This document shows positions 1-11,525 of a stretch of DNA of 64,000 nucleotides, one piece after another (the first letter of the stretch is position 1; each line of letters opens with the position of its first letter). The notes below the pieces were generated by a model. The model ran no database searches and was not told the origin of the DNA. It worked only from the letters and a program-made list of their open reading frames with translations. Source of the DNA: Andalucia godoyi And28. Lineage: Eukaryota > Protista > Jakobida. A program made the position numbers and the translations under genes. The stretch is taken from contig VRVR01000014.1 of the NCBI GenBank assembly GCA_009859145.1, positions 189,618-253,617 of the forward strand, given 5' to 3'.

Positions 1-594
1 AGACAGTGCAAACTGCGAGTCATGGGAATACGCAAGTCCGAGGTTATTGTAAACCGTCGCAGCGTCTGCAGCGTCTCCAAGCTCCAATCGCAGTCCTACG
101 GATTGCAGCAAATGCGGGATTGCGTCCTTTGGTTGCAGCATGTCAATGTACACCAATCCAAGGTTGTTCAATGCCGAGCTGCGAATCAGCTTTTCCGCAT
201 GCTTCACATCCAGAGGCAGCTTATCAAACAGATTTAGAGCGCGCATCAAAGCGGCCTTTGCTTCGGTGAACGACCCAGCAAGTCGATGAGCTTCGCCGAC
301 GTTATTGTACACAAACACATGGTGAAGAACATACTGCGGATCCGCTGTCGCTGTCGTCGTGGATTCAACCAGCTGATTGGTCTCCGAATTGAACTGTGAA
401 GAGACGCGCGCATCCATCGATTTTTCAAACAACGATATTGCGTCATTGTAGCGTCGCTCTGCAACAGCTCGCAATCCTGACGATATCAGTTCATCGTTGG
501 ATGCACAAGCCGAAAAGCGCCTATGAGACAACGGTGGAGTCAAACCACTCCTCGTTCGAGACAGCAGCGCAGAAACGCGGAGAAGCCGAAACAT
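1..594 (-). CDS. TPR-repeat protein with likely mitochondrial presequence; 3' end runs off the window
   Basis: Not in the ORF track; translated by hand. ATG at 594, open to position 1: MFRLLRVSALLSRTRSGLTPPLSHRRFSA..., then TPR-like segments YNNVGEAHRLAGSFTEA, LNNLGLVYIDM, VYNNLGLAYS. Confidence 0.75.
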   Translation of the reverse strand, partial: MFRLLRVSALLSRTRSGLTPPLSHRRFSACASNDELISSGLRAVAERRYNDAISLFEKSMDARVSSQFNSETNQLVESTTTATADPQYVLHHVFVYNNVGEAHRLAGSFTEAKAALMRALNLFDKLPLDVKHAEKLIRSSALNNLGLVYIDMLQPKDAIPHLLQSVGLRLELGDAADAATVYNNLGLAYSHDSQFALS

Positions 595-837
595 CGATCC
601 CACAAAATCAAATCCGATTCAATAAAAAATATATTAATTAATAAAACATGTCCAAAGCTCGTTTTTCCACAGTCGAAAGCAAGCAGGGTTTGTTTACCGC
701 TGCCAGTTATCGCGATATGATGAAGCAATCTAAAGCGCACGTAAACAGAACCACTGCTGCGCGTCATGCGCATGTGTCTGTTATCTTAGTAAATAAATAA
801 ATAAATGAATGAATGCAAGAACTATTTACATTGGGAA

Positions 838-3045
838 TCATTGGGAATCGTTGTCGAAAATTCCAGTGTATGCATAAAACACACGCCTGTCGTGCATGTC
901 ATCCGGATTGCGCGTGCGGAAGAGAGGAAGGGCGCCAATTCGCTTCGATGAGCAGGAGCTGAGAACCATCCGCACGTCGTCTTTCAGGCTGCCGTTCGCT
1001 TCTTCCGGGAAAAATGCGGGAATGCTCGCGCAGAGGAGATCCGAAGGAACGCCACGACTCCCAAAATTTCGCATGACCTCGAAGACTTTCTGTTGGAACT
1101 GCGGCGTTTCCCACCGCTGCATTGCTGTGCAACTGGGCGTGCACCAAGGCTCGAGGGCTGCCGATAGTGACGGCGACGGCGGTGCTGATTGCAGTGTTGA
1201 CGATGACTGATTCTCTTCAAAGGGAACCACTCGTGGCATTGCCTGGTCAGCGGGATGTTGCGAGTCGCCGGCGATCCAAAACGGCGGGATGAATTCTTCT
1301 GAGAGATGGTGCAGCTCCTCCTGCTCTGAATCCCTTGGAGAATACTCACTGTCCAGCGTTGGAAGGTGCAGCGTACCTTGCCTCGTTTTCTGCATTCCTT
1401 TCTTCCTTTCCGCTGCAAGGTTTTCAAGAGACATGAGAAGATCACGAACTCCAGAGGTGTTTGGATCCATGGTTCGAGAAGTATTGGAACCGAGACTTTG
1501 GTTCACGAGCAACGGAGAATCACTGCTGAATGACGTCGTCTGAATCCATTCTCCTTGGCGACCGTCGTGTCTCAAACTGGAAAACCTGTTGGTCGCTTGC
1601 AGCTGCTTGGATCCCGGAACCGGTGCACTGGCACGCGGTGCACTTGTCGGCCTTTTGAAATGACATCCGTTCTGCGTTTGTCCGTATCTCTGGAATGCTG
1701 GATGCAGCATGGCCGGCATATGAGCAGCGTCGTCCGCGGACAGCTGGGACGAAGTATGACTTCTAAAAGTGGCAGCATCCGTTTCCGACGAAAGGCTCGT
1801 ATTCAGAGAGCTCCGCGTGCTTCGTTGCATGGGCACCGAGCGAGGATCCGAGGGCGATTGTGCGCCACTGAGAGTGACGTTTGAAAGGTCCACGCTCCAG
1901 ATATCGTCACAGAACTTGTCCTGATGGGTTCCGCAAGTTATGATCAGCTCGTTGCCGTGTCGGACAGCACAGTGTCCTTCTCTTGATGGGGGACAGCGGG
2001 AAATCATGGCCCTTGTGTTGGACAAACAATGCCACACTGAGGTACCGGCCTCGAACAGCCATATATCCGACATCTGGACCGAGTTCTGTGTCGAGCCTCC
2101 GAAGAGAACGAGGTTTTCCCCAAATGACGTAAGGCTGTGTTTGTACCTCCCGCAAGGCGCAGGAAGAACTCCGTTCACCTGGATCGTTGTCCACACCTTG
2201 TTTCTCATATCCAGTTTGTACAGTGTGTTAAAGCAAGTGCGCCCATCGTATCCACCGAATACTACCACTTCGAACAGAGACACAGCGCACATTCGATGGT
2301 AGTACGATGCAGGAGGTTTGGTACCGGTGGTTTCGAACCGGCTCCATGTTTTCAGCACAGTATCAAAGAACCAGCAGTCGTTCAGAATCTGTTCGTTGTA
2401 GCCTCCGAACATGAAGAGATGTTTTTCCAGAACTGGCACCATGTCATGACCAAATCGCCCAGACGGCCAGTTTACTTCCGGCTTTTCTTGCTGGCTCTTT
2501 TGAACGCCTGCAACGGGAGCCGGTATTTCAGTCCAGATGTTGCTCAGCGTGTCATACACAAACATGTCTTGGAGAAATTTCCGAAAGTGTCCGTGGAACG
2601 GATAGCCTCCAAAGACCCACATGCCATGCCCGACTGCCGCACTCGCCTGGCCGGCCCGTTTCTGAGGACACTTTGATCCTGGAACAGGCTTTGTGCATTT
2701 CCTCGACACCATGTCCAGAACGAAGACATGGTCTCCAGTTGCCACCGCTGATCCTCCAAAGTAGAATACCTTGTGCGCAATCGTCACTCCCGAAAGAAAC
2801 TTTCTTCTCGTCGGACCTGTTCCGGAATGTTTCAGTGGGATCCACCGACATCGGTTCACTACACCCTTCGAGCCTTCCAATACTCCAGATTGGTTTCCTA
2901 CACATCATCTCAACACGCATACACTCACACTGGTTAACATACATACATACATACATACATACATACAGAGACAGAAGAACAGCAAAAACAGAGACAGTGG
3001 AGGAAGGAACAAACCTGAACCAGCATCAGAAGACAGAAAACTCAT
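838..3045 (-). CDS. Kelch-repeat beta-propeller protein with low-complexity C-terminus; 2 exons (3045-3015, 2897-838)
   Basis: About six Kelch motifs (FGG...D.W, R..H). A GT-AG intron at 3014-2898, containing (TATG)n, joins MSFLSSDAGSG in frame to the 680-aa ORF. Confidence 0.85.
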
Positions 3046-3374
3046 CAAGGCTGACTTCAATGCCCACAACTTGGAAAAACGCCAGGTACGACACCGTAAT
3101 CAAAGAACTGTCAATGGTCTTTTCCAGATAAAATATAATAATATGAACTCTCAAAAGAATAAGAAGAATAAACCTGACAAAAGACAAAAAAGAGCCTTTA
3201 CTGCCTCCTTTTATTCCAACTTTCCCGAACTCGATAGTTCCGAGTTCCTGCAAAACGAGAACGGTCGGAAACTGCCGTAGCCCAGCGCTGCTCACTCCAT
3301 AAATGGTTCTTCCATTCGAAGCCCATTTCAGTCGCTGTCGCTGCTGCTGTTTCGCCTGCAGAGTAATGGTTTTA

Positions 3375-3377
<3 letters not shown>

Positions 3378-3432
<55 letters not shown>

Positions 3433-3457
3433 GATGATGATGATGATGATGATGATG
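3378..3457 (+). repeat. Compound (ATT)n(ATG)9 microsatellite
   Basis: Directly visible; explains the poly-I and poly-M ORFs in the track. Confidence 0.97.
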
Positions 3458-3481
3458 GAATGTAGAAAAAGAGGACTTGCA

Positions 3482-5234
3482 ATGAATCGTGTTTTTTGGC
3501 GGTCGTTTTCAACAAGAGATATTCCTGATTTGCAAAACAAGGTTATCGCGCTGTGCAAACGCCGTGGATTCGCATTTCTGGACTCTGAAATCTATGGCGG
3601 TCTTGCAAATACATATGATTTTGGTCCGGTTGGTATGTGAATACACTTTTTCATTTTTTTCATTTATCCGTCTTTCATTTTAATATATATGTATATTGTT
3701 CTTCTTTTCTTTTTGTTCTGCTTGCGCATGCATTCCATTCCTGTCCGTGCGGAGAACAGAAATTACTGACAAACTGTGTAATACAAACGATTGCATGGGC
3801 GCGTGTAGGTGTGGAGTTGCGACGAAAAATCAGAGATCGGTGGTGGAGAGACTTTATTCGAACACGAACCAACTGTTTTGGTATTGAAACACCAATCATG
3901 ATGCATCCTCAAGGTATGTTACTCCCACTACTTTTATGACTCTGCTGTTGTTGCTGTTGTTGTTGTTGTTGTTGTTGTGGTGGTGGTGGTGGTGGTGATT
4001 TTGTTTTCGAAATGCTTACATGCGCCATTTGTGGTGGGGTACAGTGTGGAAAACGGCGGGGCATGTGGATAACTTTGCGGATGAATTATCAGAGTGCAAG
4101 GTGTGTCATCAGCGGTTTCGGGCGGATAAGCTTGACGAGCGGTCGTGTGTGAATCGCAAGAAGTGCGAGTTCACCGATCCCAAGAAGTTCAACATGTTGT
4201 TTGAAACGAGCATGGGTCCAGTGGCGGACTCGGCGTCGAAAGTGTACATGCGTCCAGAGACTGCACAGGGGATCTTTGTGAACTACCCGACACTGTCGCA
4301 AGTCTCGCGCTCGAAACTCCCCTTTGGTGTTGGGCAGATTGGAAGAGCCTTCCGAAACGAGATTTCTCCTGGCCAGTTTCTGTTCCGGCTTCGTGAATTC
4401 GAGCAAATGGAGCTCGAGTTTTTCTGCAGTCCGGCGGAAGTGGACAAGTGGTTCACGTACTGGCGCTCGTACTGTATGGACTGGCTGCGTACGCTTGGAA
4501 TTAAGCAGCAAAATTTAAAGTTTGTGGACCACGGACCCGGGGAAGCTGCTCACTATGCAGCTTCCGCATCCGATATCGAGTATCGGTACCCCGGTGGTTG
4601 GGGCGAACTCTGGGGAATTGCTAATCGCACCGACTATGATCTGAAGAACCATGCGAATCTTTCTGGGAAGAGATTTGTTTCGGAAAATGAGCAGACTCCG
4701 TTCTGTGTAGAGCCGTCGGTTGGCCTCGAAAGGCTCATGTTTGCAATGCTGTGCGATGCGTACGATGAAGAAAAAGTGTTTCCAATCTCCAAGAATGCAG
4801 CTGCTGAACCAACCACAGGCTCCGAAGCATCCTCTGCGGAAGCCGGGGACGTGCGTACCGTGCTGCGGTTGCACCCGGCAATTGCTCCTTTTACTGCGGC
4901 GGTGTTCCCGTTACTGAAAAGGCCGCAACTGGTGGAGGTTGCAGAGAAGGTCTATCTGCACATCCAGTCGCTATTTGGAGTGGACTACGATGAAGGCGGA
5001 TCTATTGGAAAGCGGTATCGCAGACACGATGAAATCGGAACGCCTTACTGCATTACCGTGGACTTCGACACGCTGCACGACCGAGCCGTCACAATCCGTG
5101 ATCGAGACACGCTCGACCAAATCCGCGTTCCAATCGACCGCATTGCATCGTTCCTTGTCGAGCGGCTTTCCGAGGCCGATCGAGGCTGGACCGCAAAATC
5201 CGCTGGCGGCAGCGCCCCCGAAACACTACAATAA
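3482..5234 (+). CDS. Glycyl-tRNA synthetase, short bacterial-type alpha2 (class II), probably mitochondrial; join(3482..3632,3809..3913,4045..5234)
   Basis: Two GTATGT...AG introns restore the frame. Motifs [90 protein letters not shown]. Presequence-like N-terminus [12 protein letters not shown]. Confidence 0.92.
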
Positions 5235-5780
5235 GTATTGCCCTCCAGCCCAAACCTCTTCAAACATTTGGCTTGGATGCTGCGCCTCAGACAGATGCTT
5301 TTGGCGTAAAGTGACCTTTACAATCCGCATCAGCACCCATCCAATGAGTTCCCCAAAAAACAGAAACAACCTATTTTCCTGTTCAGAGCTCTCGATTGGA
5401 TCAATTAGTGCATTCGTTAGGAACCATATGGACTTTGGGAACCAGGAGGGAAAAACCAGGGATTTCAACGAGCTTCTTTTATTGCCATTCCGCAATTTAT
5501 CGACTTGTTCTCTCTCTCTCTCTCTCTCGATCTTTCATTCTCTGTTTTCACCTCCATTACAAAGGGATCGATTGTCATTATTCGACAGTGTCTCTCATTG
5601 GGCTTCGACCGGCACACCTTCAGCCATACTATCCGATGATCTTCACTGCCGTCCACCAGACGTTTGGTTGGAGGGGCAGGGTTTCCACCTGTCGTACCCT
5701 CGCTAACAAATGCTGACACGCACGAGGGTTTTCGCAAATTCGCTCGGGGTTTCGGGGAGCAGAAAACAAAAAATCAGACC
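5235..5780 (+). mobile_element. Decayed fragment, putative RLE-type non-LTR retrotransposon C-terminus
   Basis: Patchy nucleotide similarity to 60327-60669 on the minus strand. Peptides DLYNPHQHP, RLSLFDSVSHWAST and LSDDLHCRPPDVW lie in shifted frames. Confidence 0.5.
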
Positions 5781-6060
5781 CACCGTAGCATCAATTCTTG
5801 CAAATTCTTGAAATCGATGAATGTCTGTGAGTCCATTTTCCTTTTGTTTTTGAGAGGTCTTTTTGTCGTTTTATTGGTTGCATGTTTGTTCTGCTATCTC
5901 TATTTTTGTAATTAAAAGAGAGAAGAAGAGAGAGAGGGAGAGAGAGAGAGGGAGAGAGGGAGAGAGTGTGTATTCCTGTGTGTGTACGTGTCTGTGATTA
6001 GAATATCAGAAAAAAGAAAACGAAAAGAGGAAAAAGGAAAATTCCAACGAATCAGCGTGA

Positions 6061-8211
6061 ATGTCCACTTTTCCAACTGAAGTTCCTGCGCTCCGCACTG
6101 CTGTTGATGATCAAGCGCGCCATGTACGCAGCTTGAAGGAAGCCAAGACGGCCAAGGAGGCTCTGCAGCCTGAGATTCTTCGTCTTCAGCAGCTCAAGAC
6201 GGCTCTTGAAGCAGCAATTGCTGCGGAAGCTGCGAATGCTCCGAAGAATGTTCTTGCGGATCAACGCCGATCGCTAGAAGATCTTCTGAAGCGTCGATTT
6301 GTCGTTGGTCAAGCATTTGAAATCTACGGCGGTGTTGCCGGTCTCTTTGATTACGGTCCACCTGGTGCCGCAATGAAGGACGCACTCATCTCGCTGTGGA
6401 GACAGCACTTCATTCTTGAAGAAGGACTGTTGGAAATCGAATGCACCTGCTTGACCCCGGACCCAGTGCTCAGAGCATCGGGTCATGTGGAACGGTTCAC
6501 GGACTTTATGGTTCGCGATACTGTGACACATGAATGCTATCGTGCCGATAAGTTGCTTGCTGAACACGTGACTGCTCGGGCGCTTCCAAACGAGACGAAT
6601 CCGACACGAAAGGCACGTCTTGAGCAACTTGTTCATGATGTGGACACTTATTCGCAGACAGAGCTGGGAGCGGCACTGAAGGAAGCCGGGGTCGTTTCAG
6701 ATGCCGGAAACCAGGTTTCGGAACCCTTCCCGTTTAATCTGATGTTTGCCACGCAGATTGGACCGTCGGGACTCATCCCCGGTTTCTTGCGGCCCGAAAC
6801 TGCACAGGGCATCTTTGTGAACTTCCGCCGGCTATTGGACTACGCAGGTGGAAAACTTCCGTTTGGCGCTGCGACGATTGGTCAGGCATTCAGAAACGAG
6901 ATTGCCCCAAGGTCGGGCTTGCTCCGGGTTCGTGAGTTTACGCTTGCAGAAATCGAGTTCTTTGTGCATCCTTCGCGAGAGGGTCGCCATCACAGCAAGT
7001 TCGGCAGTATTCGTGATTTGAAGGTGCCGCTGCTGACCAAGAAGGCACAGGAAACGGAAGGTGACGATACCGTCATCATGGCGATCGGCGATGCAATCTC
7101 GCAGGGCATCATCGACAATGAAACGCTCGGATACTTTATCGGACGTACGGCGCTCTTCCTCAAGGCTGCCGGCCTTGCAGATTCCCGAACCCATGGGCCG
7201 ACTCCTCAGGACTCCGCCTTCCGATTCCGCCAGCATCGGTCAACGGAGATGGCACATTATGCCAATGACTGCTGGGATGCTGAGATCTGGACTTCGTACG
7301 GATGGGTCGAGTGTGTTGGAATTGCCGATCGCTCGTGCTTTGATCTCGGACGCCACTCCGAGAAATCTGGCAGCGAGCTGGTTGCGTATGAACGCTTTGA
7401 TGAGCCCAAGGATATCGAAGTTACTGTGTTCAAGTTTGACCGCCAGGGACTTGGAATGGCGCTCAAGAAGCTTGCCAAGCCAGCTATTGAGTTCCTCGAA
7501 GCGACATCTGACGATGCACGGAAGGCGTATGCTGCAGAACTTGAATCCAAGGGCTTCATTACGATTCGCGTCAAGCCCGAAGCGGATAAGAAGAAGAAGA
7601 AGGACGACCCTGAGTCCGCCGAGGAGCCGCAGGAAGTGGATGTGCAAGTTCCCAAGCAGTACGTTACAATTGCCACCGAGACGAAGCGCATCCATGGACA
7701 GACGTTCACTCCATCTGTCATTGAGCCGTCATTTGGTCTCGGTCGCATCTTGTACTCCCTCCTTGAACACGCATATTATGTGCGTGGTGGTGAAGATGAG
7801 GCACGCGCAGTCTTGTCTCTTTCTCCGTTGATCGCCCCCTACAAGGTGGCTCTCTTGCCGCTGTCGGCCAACGATGCATTTTCGGCCATCCTTGGCGAAA
7901 TTCGTCGATCACTTTCTGCTGTGGGTGTTTCGTGCAAAGTCGACGACTCTGGGTCTTCCGTTGGGCGTCGGTATGCACGGTCCGACGAAATCGGTATTCC
8001 TTTCGCTGTCACTGTTGATTTCCAGTCGATTGAGAACCGCACTGCGACGATTCGCGAACGCGACACCTGCACCCAGATTCGTGTTCCTATTGCAGAAATC
8101 GCGAAGTTATGCTATGATTTGTCGAATGGCAATGTTATGTGGGCGGATGCTCGCGCCACCTACCCGGAACAGCAGCAATCTGCATCGGACTCTGTGGGAC
8201 GCAAGGAGTAG
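6061..8211 (+). CDS. GARS: Glycyl-tRNA synthetase, eukaryotic cytosolic type with N-terminal WHEP-like domain
   Basis: 716-aa single-exon ORF. Motifs [83 protein letters not shown]. Confidence 0.97.
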   Translation: MSTFPTEVPALRTAVDDQARHVRSLKEAKTAKEALQPEILRLQQLKTALEAAIAAEAANAPKNVLADQRRSLEDLLKRRFVVGQAFEIYGGVAGLFDYGPPGAAMKDALISLWRQHFILEEGLLEIECTCLTPDPVLRASGHVERFTDFMVRDTVTHECYRADKLLAEHVTARALPNETNPTRKARLEQLVHDVDTYSQTELGAALKEAGVVSDAGNQVSEPFPFNLMFATQIGPSGLIPGFLRPETAQGIFVNFRRLLDYAGGKLPFGAATIGQAFRNEIAPRSGLLRVREFTLAEIEFFVHPSREGRHHSKFGSIRDLKVPLLTKKAQETEGDDTVIMAIGDAISQGIIDNETLGYFIGRTALFLKAAGLADSRTHGPTPQDSAFRFRQHRSTEMAHYANDCWDAEIWTSYGWVECVGIADRSCFDLGRHSEKSGSELVAYERFDEPKDIEVTVFKFDRQGLGMALKKLAKPAIEFLEATSDDARKAYAAELESKGFITIRVKPEADKKKKKDDPESAEEPQEVDVQVPKQYVTIATETKRIHGQTFTPSVIEPSFGLGRILYSLLEHAYYVRGGEDEARAVLSLSPLIAPYKVALLPLSANDAFSAILGEIRRSLSAVGVSCKVDDSGSSVGRRYARSDEIGIPFAVTVDFQSIENRTATIRERDTCTQIRVPIAEIAKLCYDLSNGNVMWADARATYPEQQQSASDSVGRKE

Positions 8212-8654
8212 GCGTGACGGCCGGTGGGGAACCCCGGTGGTGATGTGCTCTGGGCTTGTGTGGCAAATCGCAAAAGAATCTTTGCACGTGATTTAACGAA
8301 ATAAAGCAACCTAAAAAAGAGCAATGGAAATATCATACAACATCATAATCTTTAAAAAGCAGACATTTCATATAGCATAGCATACCCATCTACATGGAAC
8401 GAACATTCAGGAAGAAGAAAAAAAAAAAATACATCACATCCATAGCATTGAAAGCAAAGAGAGAGGGAGGGAGAGAGGGAGGGAGAGAGAGGGAGGGAAA
8501 AAAGGGGAAACAACCAAAAATGAAGTGAAATGAAATACAAACAGACAAACAAGACAGCAACGCATTGTAAGGAAATGTACCCTACTCAAGGAAAAGACAA
8601 CATTCATAAGAAAATTAGAATTAAAAAACGAAACCGCATTCAACAAATGAAACA

Positions 8655-11525
8655 TTATCTGGAAAACTGGAGATTTTTCCTGGCTTGTGGAAGCGCACTG
8701 ACAGAACCGTCTGAATGAGACTGGCTACTTTGGTGAGGCAGGTGCGTCGCACTGGGTGCCACCATAGTTCCTGAAGGCGTTCTGGAAACAGCAGCCAGAG
8801 TGTCAACTCCGATCGCAGACAGCCTTCGTTGAAACACGCTGCTCGAGGAAGCGGGGTCTAGTCTTGCACGTTTTGGACCCACAAGCTGATCGCGAAGATC
8901 CGCAAACGGAGACCGCGATTCAATGCTAGCATCCGCACATAATATCCTCTTTGTATTGGGAGTGCTGACAAGCTTGTCGCGCGAGTCCTTTGACATGACA
9001 GAAACATGAACGGTTGCACCACGCTGGAAATCCGACGGTACTTTGATTGGTGACTGAGGGATTGTGGTCTGATGCGAATTCGGATTACTCGCTGTAGTAA
9101 CCGAAGCAGCAAGCTGCGGAAGTCTTTGCAGAATGAATTCCTTCACTTGAGGAACGAAAACCTTGTTGTAGTACACCACAACGGTGCACTGCTCACCGGC
9201 TCGCAATTCCGCCGAATTGATTTCCGGTACATGCACGTGACGATTAATGCTTTTCGTTTCGTTGGACGGTCGCTCCGCATGCATCGTTCTCGACACATCC
9301 TCGTAGACATCGACAACATGCTGGAATGAGATGTTCAGTTGATTCAACTTCCACACGGAATAGATGCAGGACAGCAAAATCGAGTCCAGATGTCGGTCGC
9401 GCAGCAACTGTGGCATGTGAATGACAACATGACTCACCAAATGGACAAGCTGATTTTCGAGAATAGTTGTCTGGAGCGGTGAGATGCTGAAAGACCGGAA
9501 AAACACCGGCACGAGGTGCTTTAATCTCAAAGTGATGGATACGAACAGGCGATCATAGAAATACCGAAGCAAGGGAGGCAATGCTCGTCCTGCCTCCAGC
9601 AAATCGTTCGTATCGATTACGTTCGGATCCTTTGATTTCAAGAAGAAGCGGTCGAGAAGACTTCGTTTAGCCTCATCCGCAACCAGAGTCAGCAGGTAGC
9701 TTCCCGATTTCCACGCAAGAACCTCCAGGCAGATTTCCTCAATCTCACGCAAATGCCCTTCCATCGAGTGAGGGATGGAAAAACCAAACGAGGAGAGCGT
9801 AATTCGCACCGGCCGAATGATGGGAATCAGTTCAAAGGCATCCATGCCAAGCTCTTCCATCAAAACCTTGAGAGTCTCCATTGCTGAGAATTCTCCATCA
9901 AGTGAGCGGTGAGCATGCACCACTAATGAGCAACAAATGACATTCACCCCTCGGATGAAATCCGACCGCATAAGCAGCTCCCGTTCCCGCTCAGAGGACA
10001 CAAACGACGCCAGCAACTTCCATTTCAGTGAAGAGGCAAGATTAATTCGAGCCAACTTCTCTTTAAACTGCATCTCAGAAAGACCTTCGTCGCAGAAAAA
10101 GGCAGAAATCGAGCTCATTGCACGAAGCTGCAGAGGCAAGTGCAGGCATTGAATCGACAAATCTGACTTGATTGCTTCCTGGATCGTACTATCCTTGATG
10201 TGTTGTTCCACAAACGCCGACAGCTCTACAGGGACTTGATTCGCCGGAACGTTCTCTATGACGTTCTCCAGAAATGCACGTTCGGCAATGGTACGGGACA
10301 CCGGAGTTTGAGGAGGAACGGCGAGACGGGAAGGCCGAACGGGTGTTTGTAACCCATCTGCAGCATTCTGAGAGGCGATCTGAGAACCGCTTTGAAGAAG
10401 AGCAGTTCTTTGTGTGACTTGGCCTTGCGTAGCGCCTGAATGCGAAGTAGAGGAAGGAGAGAGTGGTCCGTGAGAATCGGGAGTCGATCCGGCTGCTGTT
10501 GACCCCTGTGAGTATACTCCATCCATCTGGGCTTGTTGTCCAGAAATGACAGCGGCGGCATTCGAATGCCTGGAACTGGAGCTGGCAGCAATTATCAAGA
10601 CGTCGGGAATTCTCATGAAAGAGGATTCATCAAACGTCTTCTGATCCAACCTTCCAATTCGTCTGAGCATCTTTTCGTACGTGCCAAATGCATCCGAGTC
10701 TTCGACAACCATCATGGCAGCTTCGGATTCGGAAGCATTTGCATTCGGCGACATTGCAGTCATGTTCAGCGATTGTCTGAGATATTCGGCAGCAATGCGT
10801 TCATACCCACTCAAATGAGGACCCGCAGACGAAGACAGAGAAAATGGAGCAACCGTCACGAACTGTGCAAACGGCGATTTAAGCAATTGCCGGACCCTCT
10901 CGAGCTGTGCAATTGCAGGAATCGACGAGAACGCACAGAGAGTCGCGTACCACGCAGCAAGCAGCACCACATAACACTCCACAGGATCCGTCGTTCTTGG
11001 CGACATCATCATTGCAAATAAGGTCCACGCAACCGAAAACACTCTGTCCAGCGGTTCCATGTGTTTCTTGTCTTCCAAACCCGCAGAATCGACATGCTTG
11101 TATTCCACCGCATCTCGATCGAATAGTGCTTTGAACAGCGACCGATACTTCAAATACATGATTCCCGTCGATGAGACGGTATGCTTCGTCGCAATATGGT
11201 TCTGGAGTGCGTTTAGATGCGCAATCAAAAACACATCTGTGTTGGACAAAAGTCGAATCATATTCACATTCAGCAGCAGTACGAGATCCGTGATTTTCAA
11301 GCCTCTTGCATTCGAAGGTTCCAATACAATCGATGCATAAACGCTGGCAGCAACGATTGTCCGACAAAGCGTGTTTGACGATAAATCAAGAGAAGGAAAC
11401 GAATCTGCTAACAGGTCGAGCAAATCCTTGCACTTCACAGCAAGCGAATCTGTCGCCTCCAGTTTCAGCTCCAGCAGCACTTGGTGGAAAACTATGTCCC
11501 AAAAAAAAAAAAAAAAGCAACACAC
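8655..11525 (-). CDS. RBR: Retinoblastoma-family pocket protein; 5' exon/start not resolved
   Basis: Pocket A (TPVSRT; LEVLAWKSGS) and pocket B (RDRHLDSILLSCIY; VVYYNKVFVPQVKEF) motifs and several S/TP sites. The first codons of the track ORF read like a polypyrimidine tract, not coding sequence. Confidence 0.9.
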   Translation of the reverse strand: MCCFFFFFWDIVFHQVLLELKLEATDSLAVKCKDLLDLLADSFPSLDLSSNTLCRTIVAASVYASIVLEPSNARGLKITDLVLLLNVNMIRLLSNTDVFLIAHLNALQNHIATKHTVSSTGIMYLKYRSLFKALFDRDAVEYKHVDSAGLEDKKHMEPLDRVFSVAWTLFAMMMSPRTTDPVECYVVLLAAWYATLCAFSSIPAIAQLERVRQLLKSPFAQFVTVAPFSLSSSAGPHLSGYERIAAEYLRQSLNMTAMSPNANASESEAAMMVVEDSDAFGTYEKMLRRIGRLDQKTFDESSFMRIPDVLIIAASSSSRHSNAAAVISGQQAQMDGVYSQGSTAAGSTPDSHGPLSPSSTSHSGATQGQVTQRTALLQSGSQIASQNAADGLQTPVRPSRLAVPPQTPVSRTIAERAFLENVIENVPANQVPVELSAFVEQHIKDSTIQEAIKSDLSIQCLHLPLQLRAMSSISAFFCDEGLSEMQFKEKLARINLASSLKWKLLASFVSSERERELLMRSDFIRGVNVICCSLVVHAHRSLDGEFSAMETLKVLMEELGMDAFELIPIIRPVRITLSSFGFSIPHSMEGHLREIEEICLEVLAWKSGSYLLTLVADEAKRSLLDRFFLKSKDPNVIDTNDLLEAGRALPPLLRYFYDRLFVSITLRLKHLVPVFFRSFSISPLQTTILENQLVHLVSHVVIHMPQLLRDRHLDSILLSCIYSVWKLNQLNISFQHVVDVYEDVSRTMHAERPSNETKSINRHVHVPEINSAELRAGEQCTVVVYYNKVFVPQVKEFILQRLPQLAASVTTASNPNSHQTTIPQSPIKVPSDFQRGATVHVSVMSKDSRDKLVSTPNTKRILCADASIESRSPFADLRDQLVGPKRARLDPASSSSVFQRRLSAIGVDTLAAVSRTPSGTMVAPSATHLPHQSSQSHSDGSVSALPQARKNLQFSR

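Noticed and set aside
5620-5680. Protein-kinase pseudogene (DVW..G and NP..RP motifs)
   Set aside because: Motif order is the reverse of kinase subdomains IX and XI, and there is no HRD or DFG.
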